DNA of 64,000 nt from Octopus vulgaris (lineage: Eukaryota): NCBI GenBank assembly GCA_951406725.2, contig OX597814.1:36456001-36520000 (forward strand). The letters are read 5' to 3'. A model generated the notes under the pieces. The model searched no databases. It worked only from the letters and a program-made list of their open reading frames with translations, and was not told the origin of the DNA. Position numbers and translations under genes: made by a program. Position 1 is the first letter of the stretch, and every line of letters begins with the position of its first letter. This document shows positions 1 to 13,478 of the stretch, piece by piece.

Positions 1-1559
1 GAAATAGAAAGTGTAGTAGTGAAGTGGCATGTTTTAATCTTTTAAAAGTGGTTTGGCTGTTTTGCTTTTCACCAGTCACTTATCTCTCACTTGTGGCCCC
101 AAAAACAGAAGCTGTGCGTGTGTGTGTGATTATTTATGTCTATTTTATGTACATCTCACAACTAAATGGTTCCACAAATAGAAATCACTGTAATAAGAAT
201 TTGTCTTATAAATAAGTACTGAAGACCATCGGATTTGCTAAACTTTTAAAGATGATACCCTGGCATGGTTGTAACTCAGTGACTTAGGCAAAAGTCTTCT
301 ATGGATAATTCTACTAAATTCTACCAAATATTTCTAATAATTCTACTAATATTCTTGTAAAGCTCTGGAATAGCCAAAGCATTGTGAAAGCAATTGGTAT
401 ATGATGTGTATCTGTATATATGTGTGTGTTTGTTTGTATGTAGCTTGGTTTTGACATCACGTGATGTCAGGTTGTAAAATGACTTACTTGTTTGTTTTCT
501 GTCTTCCATGAGAAACATGTCTGCCACAGAAAATATTGTCATGCTAGGAAACAGGTGTGGGCTAGGGACAAGGTGGCATAAACAGCTGTTGAAAATCTGC
601 CTCAACAAATTCCATTTGACAGATGCAAGTGCAAATCATGATGACAATGATGATGATGGTGATGTACTGGACGTACTTAATGTATGTGCATCATTGAAAA
701 GCCAGATAATGCAATTTTTATCTGGTTAAAATCCTTTTATAGACTTACTGTGTTAAAAAGGGCAGTATACCTCAGAGCTAAGTGGAATGAAATCGCCCAA
801 AAAGGAGTTAAAGAACGGCAGGTGCATATTTCTCTTTCTCTGTGGCTTGTTAGAGTCATGTATGCCTGTTACTTCTAAAACGAGGTAGAAACGGACAGGC
901 TGAAGTATATAGAGAGAGTGTATAACAAAACACATGTTTGCAATAGCATCACTAAGGCTGAATATATGCATAGAAATAAAGATTTTACTTTAGAGCAGCT
1001 TCTATTGCATATTTCGAATTTTATTCAGACTTAATAGTGTCTTGTTTACTTCAAACTCATTTCAGAAGCGATGTGCGTATGTAACAATGACAAGTTATAT
1101 ATACATCAAAGCATGCACCTGTTGCTCATGTGGTCACTTCTGGGTGATTTCAATTCGCTTAGGTTTGAAGTATAGCTTTATTTTTGACGCAATACTTCTG
1201 TAAAAGGGATTTTTCCAGATTAAACTATGAGTTTTGTCTTTTCAACAAAACACATATGTTGAGTATGTTTATCGATAAAACTTTTATCCAAGAGCTGCTT
1301 CTAGTGCTTATTTTGATTATATATGCATATACTTGTGTGTATGTGTGTGTGTATTCTGTTTGTGCAATTTTTCACTCTGAATTCACATAACTTTACTTAG
1401 TGATTATCCTTTCAGATACTCAACATAGAACAAAATCTTTTATCTGACTGTCGACATGAGAACAAATTCTTACCAACTATATTTTCTTCAACAAAAAATT
1501 AGCTCATGTCAAAAGCAGAAAGTAGTAGTAGTAGTAGCAGCAACAGCAGCAGCAGTAGC

Positions 1560-1591
<32 letters not shown>

Positions 1592-2807
1592 AATTCGTGG
1601 TAGTTGTGGTACTGTTGGTATTGCTGCAAACTCTTCAAGGTCAGAAAAATGTTCACACATGTAAATTGATTGGATTACGTTAGATGGAATTCATTATGGT
1701 TGGAAAAAGATGGATTGGCCACGGTTGGACGGGATTTAAACATAGAGAGTAGACTTGGGCTAAACAATTGCAACAGACTATTAAAGTGTAATAATTACAC
1801 TAGTTCATAGTTCAATACTGACTGAGATTGAAAGAGAAAAACAGTAATAATTTTACCAGATTCTTCCAGGACAATGATCACTTGAGTATCTGGTGCTATT
1901 GGTGTAGTGTGGAATTTATGGGATGGGTGAACCACATAGGTCAACCACTTTTTATACGTGTGCTTTTTTTATACTATGTCGATAAAAACGAAGACATAAT
2001 TGCCTCGGCGAGAACATCTTTGGCAATAAGTAGGATACTATTTAAACAAAGAGAAACCGCACACACATCTAATTTCCCAAGTAATAATAAAAAAAAAATT
2101 ATAAAACGAATAAACAACAAATTAGTTTATTTGGCTATGCTGTGGCTGGCAAAAAAGAATTTAATGTTGTACTGAGTTTAGATTATGGAAATTTATTTTG
2201 GTGGAAATAAGTTTCAATATCAAGTTCTTTACTTTGTATTTTTATGAGATAAAATAATTAAAAAATATTAATGGAATAATTTATACTATATAAAATACGA
2301 TTTTTCGTTCATTTATTTATTCTTTATTAGGCAAAATAATAGAAATTATTCAAATAAATTTTTATTGAGGTAAAATACAAAAAAATATTTTATTCATTTT
2401 GTTTTGTGGCAAATTATATAATACTTTTTAATGTGTGAGGGTTATTTAACAGAAAATAGAGAATATAAAAGAATTATATAAAATCAAATTACTCCTGGTT
2501 AAAACTCACACCAAGTGTGCTTAGCATCGAGTTCACATGATGACTGGAGCTTTCTTTCACAGAATTTCTTCTCTGTCTGTCTCCATCAACATACAGCACA
2601 GTGGTAGAAGGGCCTTTGAGAAAATCTTAGTGAGATGGAACAAAACTGTTTTGGGGCCCCAGATTGGGAGATCCTCTCAAATTTCAAATAGGGAGTCAAT
2701 GAGGATCTATTTTTTTTAGGGATGTATTCAGAATCTGCACTTTGGTTTTCTGAGTCAAGGTAGTAGTGGAGGAAATACTTAAGTATCACCTTCATAGTCC
2801 TGATAAT

Positions 2808-3270
2808 CCATCATCATCGTTGTCATCATCATCATCATCGTCGTCGTCGTCGTCGTTGTAGTGGGGGTGGTCATCGTCTGTTTGCCATGCTGGCATGGGT
2901 TGGACGGTCTGTCAGGGGCTGGCCATCTGAAGAGGTGTCCAAACTCCAATTGTCTATTTTGGCATGGTTTCTACAGCTGGATGCCCTTCTTAACGCCAAA
3001 CACGTTACAGAGTGTACTGGGTGCTTTTTACGTGCCACAAGCTCGGTTGCATATACGTAACACTGGCACGAGTGAATCTTATGGTGCACTGGCACCTGGA
3101 AAAGATATGCCTGTATGAATGGATGGCCGTAATTTTACTTGGCTCGATGTGTCTTCTGAAGTACAGCAACTTGCCACAAGTCCCGGTCTCTTGTCATCTG
3201 CTCAGTAAGGCTCAGCGTCTGCAGATCCTTTCTCACCACTTCGTCCCACATTTTCTCGGGCCTCCCACAT
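2808..3270 (-). repeat. Interspersed repeat family D, (GAT)n-tailed (SINE or RTE 3' end-like)
   Basis: Shares ccatgctagcatgggttggacgg...ctacagctggatgcccttcctaacgccaa...gtgctttttacgtgccac with copies at 44.5, 46.9, 61.0 and 63.2 kb; (CAT)n tail at left end. Confidence 0.75.
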
Positions 3271-3859
3271 CTTCCGTGTCTCTCCCAAATTCGCTAAATG
3301 TTTTGATTAGCTATTGATTTTCTGCAAGCCTTTGATCTGCAAGAAGCCTTTGATCTAACTGTATTTCCTTTTCCTATATATAAGCACCCCAACACTATGA
3401 AATACAAAAAGCAGTGCTTTTGAACCTGGGATCATTGACACAACCAGTTTGCTATACTTACTATGAAAATGGCCACTCAGCGTATATCTTTGGTTGTGTT
3501 GTAACTCCAGAGAAGACTAGTCAAGTGTGGCAAAAATCTGTATCAGTTTATTTCTTCTCTTTGAGATGTATATTTTAGCCTGCATTTTGTGATTTTAAGT
3601 TTCTTGCTCAGGCTCAAGTTTTCAATGGCAAAGCGGATTACGGTATCAAAATCCAATATTGTTAATCTTGTCAGAAGATGTCATGAGGTCAGCTCTACAA
3701 GAAAATACTTCAGTTCAAAGCAGTTGAAAGTTAAATAATGGAATTTGGATTCTACCATAGTCTTACAATGGTTAAAATATGATACAATATTTTCAAAAGA
3801 AAAGGTCTCTACACTTAAAGCCAAAGAATCCATTCTTCGAATAATGTTCATAATTTTAA

Positions 3860-6400
3860 CCCTCATACAGAACAGGCGAGAGTGGGAAGTTCTGAACGAA
3901 CGTGTGATGCAAAACGTTTCCGATTGGTAGCTGTTTACTTTGATCACTGAGCCGGTACCACTGTGTATTGCAGCGATCAAGCCTCTGAAAACGAGTTCTA
4001 ACCTGGTCGATTCCAGGACAGCTTCTAAGAATGCTTTAGACTGATCCAAATTGATCTGGGTCCCTCCAAAACCAGCTTTGGTCCCAGACCTCTCAATGAT
4101 GTATCGCATAAAGTAGAGGTTGTGGATAGACCTGATAGAGATTGCCTTCCTCAAAATGTCGGGCAAAGTGCTGCTGGAAAGCCACGCATATCTGTTCGGA
4201 ACCGAGCAGCAGGCACTCTTCCCCGTCCGTCAAAACTCTAATTGTAGTTTTGTTGCTATATCATGTCTCCACTGTTTGGATCCATGTATCTAAGCGCATG
4301 TATCTTAGATCTGATAAAGTTCCCTCGTGCTTGAATGCATGTGCCTTAGCTCTGATAACGCAGCCTTTGTGTTTCGTCTCAAATGGTCAAGGGTCATTCT
4401 TGCAGCTAGTAAGTTACCAAAAGCTACTGGTTCTATTCTTACTGCACTTTTCAAAGCAATTAGAATAGAATCATCAGATGTTGTCGATTGCCCCCGTCAA
4501 CTACCACTTAACTAGTTCAGTAACCTGGACCCTATAGTCTTTGCTTGCCGGTAAGGGCGCATTCCAGATTCCTGTATACGGGTCCTATCTAAATCGACTA
4601 AGCAAGTCGTAAATTTGTGGCCTCTGTAGTCAACCAGTTTTGAATTGCTTAACAAATACTCTATCGGGATAGGATATGGATAAACCATAATGGTTGCTCC
4701 TTATTCACTCTGGCACATCAGGAAAAACCTGCTCACAAGCGTTTCATATGTCTGGTAGGTACTATAAGACAGCTGAAACGTTTCTGTGCAGGTTTTCGAA
4801 ACTTTTGCACCCGCTTCTGCTATTCACTAGCCCCCACATTCTGTGCATCCAAAATACAATTCTAGTTCCCCACTACTACTAAAGAGCGAGACGATCCCAT
4901 GAATATTTCCTGATACCTGAAAAAATCTAGCCTTCCAGCTCCTGTCTTATTATAAACGGCTATCCGTCTAAAGGCACCACCTTCACTACCATTAAAACCA
5001 ACTGTCTGGGTCTAGAAGATTGCCCATACTTTGAAATATAAGGATTTTTGAATAGCAGTGCTATCCTGCTGCGCAACAAGATGAGAATACCTCATAGTCG
5101 TCGAGAATGTGTGTTAGTGTGTGCGCTAAAAATTCTTGTCTCGCTGATGGTTATCACATCTATGTTGAACGGATTGAGATCGTTGAGCAAGTGGTCCTGC
5201 TTCTAAGCCGAACCCTTGTCTCAGACATTTACATAGCCTATTCTATTTTAAGTATAGCCATTTAGGTTAGAGAAAAGAAAATGAAGAGATTATTTACCTT
5301 GGTCTTCAGCCTTCCTTTTCTCTAATAAGCTTTTTGGAGGCACTTGCTGAACACTCCGATGTCCTGAGAAATTTTTTCCCTAAGTGCAGATACGTATTAG
5401 TATCGGCTTCTATTGTTATTCTATCAACGGGTGTTTTTGGTAAGAGTGCTGCAAAATATTGCCCCCTTAGAATATTTTTGCTGTTAATTACTACATCAAT
5501 CACTTCAATGTTGCTCTTCTGAACAGCAGCGAAGTTAATAAGGAAAGTGTGTACATGAGTGTGTGACTGTTGGTTATGTTGTAGTTCAAGAGTTTATTTT
5601 GTTTAAATAATATTTAAAAAATTATTTTGTGTTTGTGAGTGTGCTTGTAAAAGTTAGTTTTCTTTTGATGCTCATGTTGATGTTTTTGGTGTGTGATTTT
5701 GTGATGAATTTCTATTTTTCTGTCGTGTCTCATAGCTTACAATTTGGGGTTACTTCTATTTGTTTGTGTCTGATTCTTCCTCTTATCCCCGAAAAAGGCC
5801 TTTTGGGGATTTCATCAGATCTTTATCTCTCGGCGTGACCTTTGATTACTTGAAGCCTGAGTTTGAGGAAAGAGGCTGGTGTATGTTTGTTTTAATATTT
5901 TCATTAATTGTATGAGGAAACGATTCTTTCGGTGGAGTTGGTAGTAACGGTAGAAGGTATCGGAGCTGAAAGCTTTTGAGATGATTTGAATTCCCCTACA
6001 CAAAATATCTGAGTTTTCTGCTCTCTGTCAACACCGACATCTGCTCATTTTCCACGAAACAAAAAATCTGGAATGCAAATGAATACCTCTGATGCAACCA
6101 GTATCTGGAATTCCATAACGATTCCATTCCTGTTTAGTGGGGGATGGATTTCTCCTCCACACTTTCCTCGTACTCCCCCAGACTGGATAAAACTCTGCAT
6201 TTCGATTAGCCGGCACGTTCTCAACTCGAATTCGCGTCAACTCCCTTCCTATATAAAGGTAAATCACAGTAAAATTCGGGGTGGGTGGGATGCATGTTAT
6301 TGTTGCTATTCTTCAAGTTCCTTGTTTGCTGATGCATATGACATTTACAGTTCCATACTGTTTCCCTTCATATATGTATAGAGCTGAGGGCCACATATCT
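3860..6400 (-). mobile_element. Degenerate L1/Tx1-clade LINE: ORF1 relic, APE endonuclease, RT N-terminal part
   Basis: Minus-strand translations: RIGYVNV*...LLNDLNPFNIDVITISETR (APE start, ~5245-5130); AFRRIAVY...LVVVGN*NCILDA (~4980-4850); ORF 3681-4166 INLDQSKAF..VFRGLIAAIHSG..VIKVN aligns with the RT at 29014; ORF1-like LYIGRELTRIRVENVP at ~6250. Confidence 0.8.
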
Positions 6401-6565
6401 TAGAGGAATTTTTTCAGTTTCTGCCTAGGTAGGAAATTTAATTCTCCCTGCGTTGCATGAAATGCGTTTATATACAATGGTTTTTATTCAGAGCTAATGT
6501 TTCCCTCCCTCATTAAGAGACATAGCCTCGTTTGCCAGCATCATTTTTATGCTGTAGGACTCAGC

Positions 6566-6930
6566 TACTCTCTTTACTTACTTGTTTCAGTCATTTGACT
6601 GTGGCCATGCTGGAGCACTTCCTTTAGTCAAGCAAATCGATCCAAGGACTTATTCTTTGGAAGCCAAGTACTTATTCTATCGGTCTCTTTTACCGAACCG
6701 CTAAGTTATGGGGACGTAAACACACCAGCATCGGTAGTCAAGCAATGTTGGGGGGGGGACAAACACAGACACACACATACATATACATACATATATGCAA
6801 CGGGTTTCTTTCAGTTTCCGTCTACCACAAGGCTTTGGTCGGCCCGAGGCTATAGTAGAAGACACGCAGTGGGACTGAACCCGGAACCATGAGGTTGGTA
6901 AGCAAGCTACTTACCACACAGCCACTCCTA
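6566..6930 (-). mobile_element. tRNA-derived SINE, family A
   Basis: Head aggagtggctgtgtggtaag...gggttcagtccc (A/B-box-like), internal (CA)/(TA) tract, tail gtaaaagagta; at least 8 copies in window. Confidence 0.85.
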
Positions 6931-7046
6931 CTGTCTTCAAAAAAGATAAGAGTTGTAGCTCTTTTTTATGTTGTTATTGTTGCTTTTGTTATTGCTGTTG
7001 TTGCTATCGTTATTATTATTGCTGTTGCTATTGCTGCTAAACATAT

Positions 7047-7266
7047 GAAGGCGGTGAGCTGGCAGAATTGTTAGCACGCCGGGCGAAATGCTTTGCGTTA
7101 CGTTCTAAGTTCAAATTCCGCCGAGGTTGACTTTGCCTTTCATCCTTTCGGGGTCGATAAATAAAGTACCAGTTTCGTACTGGGGTCGATGTAATCGACT
7201 TAATCCCTTTGTCTGTCCTTGTTTGCCCCCCTCTATGTTTAGCCCCTTGTGGGTAGTAAAGAAATA
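7047..7266 (+). mobile_element. SINE family B
   Basis: aaggcggtgagctggcagaa..ttagcacgccgggcgaaatgc...gagttcaaattccgccgagg..gactttgcctttcatcctttcggggtcgat; multiple copies in window. Confidence 0.8.
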
Positions 7267-7812
7267 TATTGCTGCAGAACACATTATAGCTACTGTAATT
7301 GTTGTTGTTTTTGTTGGTGTTGCCGCTGCCATAGTGTCAAGACAAAATCATGTTAATAGCCTTGCCTTCGAGGACGTTGTTATGGCTACGTTGGCACTTG
7401 GATTTTGGTTGACAGAATGCTCTCTGCCGTCGGTTGGTATATTTGTATCATGTTTCAGCATTTTTTAACATTCCAGAAAATTCCGAAATATTTGTTTTTA
7501 CAAGGAATTCAAAAATTTTAATTAATTACGACTGTTGCGGGTGCATTTAAACAGGAATTTTTTTTATGAACCAAGAGTGTTGTCAAAAAGGTCGAGAACG
7601 GTGCAAGATGACACATTATGGAGTTACATAAAAATTTATAAAAAAGAGAAATAACAAAAGCAAAAAAAAACCCCACAAAAACATAAAAAGAGAAAGGAAT
7701 GTGCGCCATCGCTGGTAGCAATAGAGAATCCTCTTTATACTCTCGAATCCTCCTTTAAAGCATTTAAATAGATATTGTTTGTCCACTCTTTGACAGACAA
7801 TTTTATCTTATA

Positions 7813-8324
7813 CTAGCAGTATCGCCCGGCGTTGCTCGGGTTTGTAAGGGAAATAACTATATAAGCATTTTTAGAGAGTTACTTCCCTTATAGATGCCAA
7901 TTCGGGCTTTCTTAGCCATTATTGTTTTGGTGTCTTCAAGCCATGAGGTCGTTGTTCTAAAAGAACGCTGGTCTCCTTGACAACGCTTTACGACGTTGAT
8001 TTCCTTACACTCCCTTCCCCACAGCTTCATGAGGGAGGGAAGAAGGGGAGAAGCAAACAGGTGCAGGTGTGACCATGGACGCCAACTCCGCCGCCATCGA
8101 CACACGAAAAATTATGCATTAAAATGGAATAAAAAATGATGTTAAATTATTTTTAAAATCGTAGACTCATCGTAGACGCGCGCTAATACTCAAATGGGCT
8201 TGATATGAATCACGACTATAAGATACCCGAATTTGGTTAAACTGCACCGCAAAATGTGGGAGGAGTTAGGAATCTAAATCGAAGGGGACAGACACTCACA
8301 CAACTACAGTTTTATATATATAGA
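7813..8324 (-). mobile_element. Complete non-autonomous Helitron (~512 bp)
   Basis: Minus strand begins 5'-TCTATATATATAAAA and ends hairpin cccgagcaacgccggg...CTAG-3'; sits between host A and T with no TSD. Confidence 0.85.
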
Positions 8325-8641
8325 TGTGTCAGCAGATCGTTGGAAACTGGAACTGGGGGCAGATTCAAGATGTACGGTAGATGACGAATCATTGACCTGT
8401 TCAAACTAAAAGTCGAATTTAATCATTTGTTTCTGGCCCCCCATTGAATCGTGCTTTTGTGTATGTTCGTTAGTCTATCTTGTAAATAGAATTCTCGTGT
8501 AAATTATTCAAGATTTTTCTATGGTTTTCTTTTAGCAGTGATCAAACAATGTCCGTCTAGAGGGGCACAAATTTTGGCAAGGCAAATTGAGTAAATTGCA
8601 TCATAATAATAATCATTTTTTAAAACACGAAGGCATCGAAA

Positions 8642-8689
<48 letters not shown>

Positions 8690-8692
<3 letters not shown>

Positions 8693-9130
8693 TAGTCTTA
8701 TTTTCATCACGTGCTTTTGCTACACTACCGAATTGGAAGTGTTTTACGCAGGATGTGTGCAGTGCCTAGTAGTGTTATTTTCTGTACTTGTTAGTCCTGG
8801 TGTTTTGTTATATATTTGTCTCAATATTTTTTATCATACTTATTGCGCCCACTATGATAGGAATTGTTTCTGTCTTTAGATTCCACGTTCGAGTTACCTC
8901 TATTTCAAGATCTTTGCCATCTGTTGGTAATGATACATCAATTAGAAAGCAATTTTCTTGGTGATCTCTCAAAACTATATCCGGCCTATTGGCCTTAATT
9001 TCTCTATCGGTGGCATATCCCAGAGTGTGGTTGCTTTCTCATTCTCTGTGAAATTTTCCGGTGTGTACCTATACCATTTTTTTTCTGTGCTGGCATAGTT
9101 TCCAGTGTATACGGGTCCCAACTCTGTCGT
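8690..9130 (-). mobile_element. R4/Dong-type non-LTR retrotransposon 3' fragment (RLE domain)
   Basis: Minus-strand ...TLWDM..DREIKANRPDIV..CFLIDVS...KDLEIEV..TWNLKTETIPIIVGA; (TAA)n on both sides. Confidence 0.75.
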
Positions 9131-9131
9131 A

Positions 9132-9182
<51 letters not shown>

Positions 9183-9219
9183 CATTGCTCTTCTTCTTCT
9201 TCTTCTTCTTCTTCTTCTA

Positions 9220-9880
9220 GCTTTTGCACAGCTTCTAACGCTGGAGATGTACTACGGTGTCAGCTGTTCACTACCAGTGAGCTAAAGTAACACCGCTTAT
9301 TTTTCGAGCACCTTCCGGAGTATTCGAGCAGTTCCAAGCAGTGCTGTTTTCTGCAAGTGCTCCACCCTTATTGCGGCTCCTATTTGTCTCCTTGTACTTC
9401 TCGAGATTTTTACTCACTGTTCCCAGGGCTGCGACAATAACTGGTACCACTACCACCTTTTTCCTTGACAACTGCTTTACTCCCCAAGCTAGCCTGTCAT
9501 ACGTATTGACTTTTCTTTCTTCCTTATCACATACCTTGTAGTCAGCTGGACATGTCATATCTATGATCCATCTTAGTTTAGTTTCTTTCTCAATTAAGAC
9601 TATGTCTGGCTTCCTATTCTCTATCTCATGGTCGCACTGAATCATAAAATCCCACAGGATCTTTGCATTATCATTTTCGATGATGACTTCGGGTTTGTGG
9701 TTGTACCAATTTTTTGCTCTGTCAAGTCCATACTTCTTGCAAAGTGCCCAATGGACAAGCCTTGCTATATTGTCGTGGCGTCTCTTAAATTCCTTCTGGG
9801 CTAGTGGCGTACATTGGCTGGTAATATGCCATATGGTTTCACCATTTTGTCCACAGATTCTGCACTTATCATTTTCTCAT
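9220..9880 (-). mobile_element. R4/Dong-type non-LTR retrotransposon 3' fragment (CCHC + RLE)
   Basis: CRICGQNGETIWHITSQC...RRHDNIA...ILWDFMIQCDHEIENRKPDIVLIEK...IIDMTCP (PD..D motif). Confidence 0.9.
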
Positions 9881-9929
<49 letters not shown>

Positions 9930-9930
<1 letters not shown>

Positions 9931-10370
9931 TGTTTTTTCCTTCAAATTTTCTTCCGTTTCTCGCCGAGTGTTTTCCATACACCTAGGGCAGAGAAGGGCA
10001 TTATATGCATTCCCAGATAACGCGCAAATTCACAGATAAAATATGTATTTAAAAATTAATAAATAAATAAATTCATGGATGGATGTTATTTTCACAGCGA
10101 TAATGCTCTTCTCTCAGTACATGAGCCGTTCCAGTTAATACGATTTTTTGCACTTCCTGTAGGTTTCAAATAGGTTTCAGTACCTTTTTTTATCATTCCT
10201 AGAAATCCTACAATCACTGGTATTGTAGTTGCCCTGAGATGCCACATTTTTTTGATTTCTATTAGCAGGTCTTTATATTTACTAATCTTGTCAAATTCTT
10301 TCGCCGCTATATTGTGATCACAGAGAATACTCATGTCAATTAATAAACACATCCTTTTTGTCTGATATTT

Positions 10371-10372
<2 letters not shown>
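9930..10372 (-). mobile_element. R4/Dong-type 3' fragment plus 3' UTR
   Basis: CLLIDMSILCDHNIAAKEFDKISKYKDLLIEIKKMWHLRATTIPVIVGFLGMIKKG; (TAG)n at 3' end. Confidence 0.8.
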
Positions 10373-10414
<42 letters not shown>

Positions 10415-10489
10415 TAATAATAATAATAATAATTATTATTATTATTATTATTATTCCTTCGTAACACAGTGTAGGTAAAAATGCACCGG

Positions 10490-11079
10490 AATTCACTTTA
10501 AACACTTTGCAACGTTTGTTTTTCAAAGTAGTGCTTTTCTGATTGTAGCCCTTCCATGAAATCCGGCTTTGTGCACCTCCTGGCGAACTACTTTTGTGGA
10601 AACTGGGTTCTCGAAGTGGCCATTAAACTTAGCAGTAATTTTGGGAGCCGTACTTTTGTGATTCTTTCTAACAATTCGCGTAAGAGTCCGACAGACCCTA
10701 TCTGAAAGCTTTGGTTTTCTTCCGGAGTTTTGTTTCGTCGAGGAAGTTTTTCCCTCTTTCTCAAAGTCTGTCATTACTTTCGAGACAGTACTTCTTGATA
10801 CACCAAATATTCTCGCTGTTGAAATTATGTTAGCGCCTGCTATACGAGCACCAACAATTTGACCTCTTTGAAAGTCCGATAGATCTGTCATTTTAATGAA
10901 TTTTAATTACCTTTTTCTGATGATATCTGAAAAGAAACAGCAATTTTAGCAAAACATATTAAGCAACACTAATAATAAATTAAAAAAACATAAAAATAAA
11001 CAAGCGTTTGACAGTTTTATAGATATTTCAAAAGTATGATGCTATGATGCTAGATGTTTCTATTATTTTGTCCAACTCC

Positions 11080-11080
<1 letters not shown>
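10490..11080 (-). mobile_element. Tc1-like transposon 5' fragment (TIR + paired HTH domain)
   Basis: ORF 10523-10891 MTDLSDFQRGQIVG...GRKPKLS..RTLTRIVRKN..TAPKI; TIR-like aggagttggacaaaataat next to (TA)n; DDE domain absent. Confidence 0.85.
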
Positions 11081-11128
<48 letters not shown>

Positions 11129-12664
11129 TTACATTATCAGAACTCCAGACTTTTGATCACATGTATCCTTATGCATAATAATCTTTGGAAACTTTATCAC
11201 AATTAAGACTTTTCAGATTGGATGACAGTGCTTCTGATACTGACGTGCGGAACCGTGCCCTCACTCAATATGGAAACCCCAGATGTTTGCTAAAGAATTC
11301 AGTTACTTGCTAAATGGTAGAACCCTACTCATTGTATTGTAGTGTAACTGTTTGTGTAATAATCACAAGCATTTGTACCTTTAAATCATGATCAGCAAGA
11401 CAAAATTTGATAAAGATGGTTCTTGAACATTCCTAACAAATTCTATCAATAGCTCTTTTGGTATTTTGAAAATTGCCATATTGAATTGTCTAAAAGTTTT
11501 TTCAGTGTTTTGTTAATTTGCTAAATTGGGACATCAAAGAAATTAACAATTTTAATTTATACATTGCTTTGGTATAATAAATAAATTTTGTTGAAATTTG
11601 CTTGCTATAATAAATAAGTTTTAGTCATTAAAATTCAGCAGTAAATAAAAATCTCCAGACATCCTCGACAATGATATTTTTTAATCTCTCTACACACGAA
11701 AGCAATAGAGATGTGAGAAGTCAGATACAAGCAACTGTTAATTTTAAAAATATTTTTACGGCTGTAACTAATAAAATTCAGATGCCATGTGTTAATGTAT
11801 TAAACTGTCACGTTTGTTAATGTTTATTACTGAAGTCTCCTTGGTTGCAGGTGAAAACAATATATTATACAACGAAAAGTATGTTAACGTATGACTTGCG
11901 GGCAGTGAATTTGTAAACGTATGAGCACCCGAAATTCATCCTAGTTGAGTGTAATTCACGAACGATTTCAGTGAAAGGTTGCAAATATTTATAAATATTT
12001 TAGTGCAACGATATAAATGTCTAGTAGAGAAAAATACTGGAAAATATATATGCCATATCTGATAAAATATGAGTATACTACCTTCTCAAATACTTCAGCA
12101 ACAATATATTATTTTGATGCAAACATATCCATATGTAGGCCAAGCAGATGCAGGTACATCTTTTTTGTAGTGAGAGGAAAATGCCGTCGGTTACATGGTG
12201 TTAGAAGCAAAACTGGCTGAAAAACAAAATCAAAAACATCAAGACAAATTTTATATCAAACAGGCTAAACCGGAGGAAAACCATTTAGTTTGGAACTTTC
12301 GTCATCTTATTTTGTTTCTTTATCCTCCTCACAATTACCATTTTTCTTCCAAATAATTCTTTCCCCTACATCCGTTTCCTGTAAATGTTACCACTATTAA
12401 TACTATTATAGTAGCTCACAGCATGTAGTTTAATTTTCCTTCACAAGTTTCACTTTCCCCTCTTGCAAAATTTCAATTCGTAAGAGGTAAAATTATTAAA
12501 ATCTTTATTGAAAACAATCTTCATAGGGATGCATTAGCAGTAGCAGAACTACTACTACTACTACGACTACTACTACTACGACTACTACTACTACGACTAC
12601 TACTACTACGACTACTACTACTACTACTAACAATAATAATAATGATGATGATGATGATGATGAT

Positions 12665-13075
12665 GGCATAAAATTTTGGCACAAGGCCAGCATTTTCATG
12701 GGGTGGGGCAAGCCGATTACATTGTCTCCTGTACTCAAATGGTACTTATTTCATCGGACCCGAAACGATGAAAGGTAAAGTCGATATTGGTGGAATTTGA
12801 ACTCAGAACGTAAAGATATGCGAAATGCCGCCCAGCATTTTGCCAGCTCACCGCCTTAAGTAATAATAAAAATAATAATCCTTTCTACTCCAGGTACAAG
12901 ACCTGAAATTTGGGGTGAAGGAGTAAGTCGATAATATTGACTCCAGTGCATAACTGGTACTTATTTAATTGGCCCCGATAAGATGAAAGCAAAGTCGACC
13001 TCGGCAGAATTTGAAGTTAGGGCGTGAAGACGGACAAAAAACCGTTAAGCATTTTCCCGGTGTGCTAACGATTCT
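12665..13075 (-). mobile_element. Two tandem degenerate family B-related SINEs
   Basis: Two copies of ...gatgaaag(g)caaagtcga...gaatttgaactcagaacg...gcatttt. Confidence 0.7.
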
Positions 13076-13170
13076 CGAATAATAATAATGAGGATGATGA
13101 CGATGATAATGACGATGACGATGATGATGGTAATAATAATAATGATAACAACAACAACAACAACAACAAC

Positions 13171-13216
<46 letters not shown>

Positions 13217-13224
13217 TGTATAGG

Positions 13225-13439
13225 CTTGAGGTTACTCCTCCAGAAAATATAGAAGCAAAAGAAGAAGAGTACCACTCTTGTTTTTTTGCTTCTATATGTC
13301 CTGGAAGAGTAACATTAATCCTATAAATATTACCAAAATGAAGTAGATTGACAAGCTTATATTTTCTAACCCGTGGAAGACACACGTGATGTCGAAACAC
13401 CATTTACTTGATAACAATGCCACTCTTCTTTTTTGCTTC

Positions 13440-13440
<1 letters not shown>
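13225..13440 (+). mobile_element. Small fold-back element in (AAT)n, Penelope-like
   Basis: ~45-bp hairpin arms 13227-13318; direct repeat ccactctt..ttttttgcttct at 13272 and 13420; degenerate hammerhead-like motif at 13371-13397. Confidence 0.45.

Positions 13441-13478
<38 letters not shown>

Noticed and set aside
749-2800. Possible exons at ~750-900(-), 1860-1926(+) and 2586-2795(-)
   Set aside because: No recognisable protein family, inconsistent strands, mediocre splice signals
5298-5519. Minus-strand host exon with AG/GT borders
   Set aside because: In-frame stop and position between ORF1 and APE relics of the degenerate LINE
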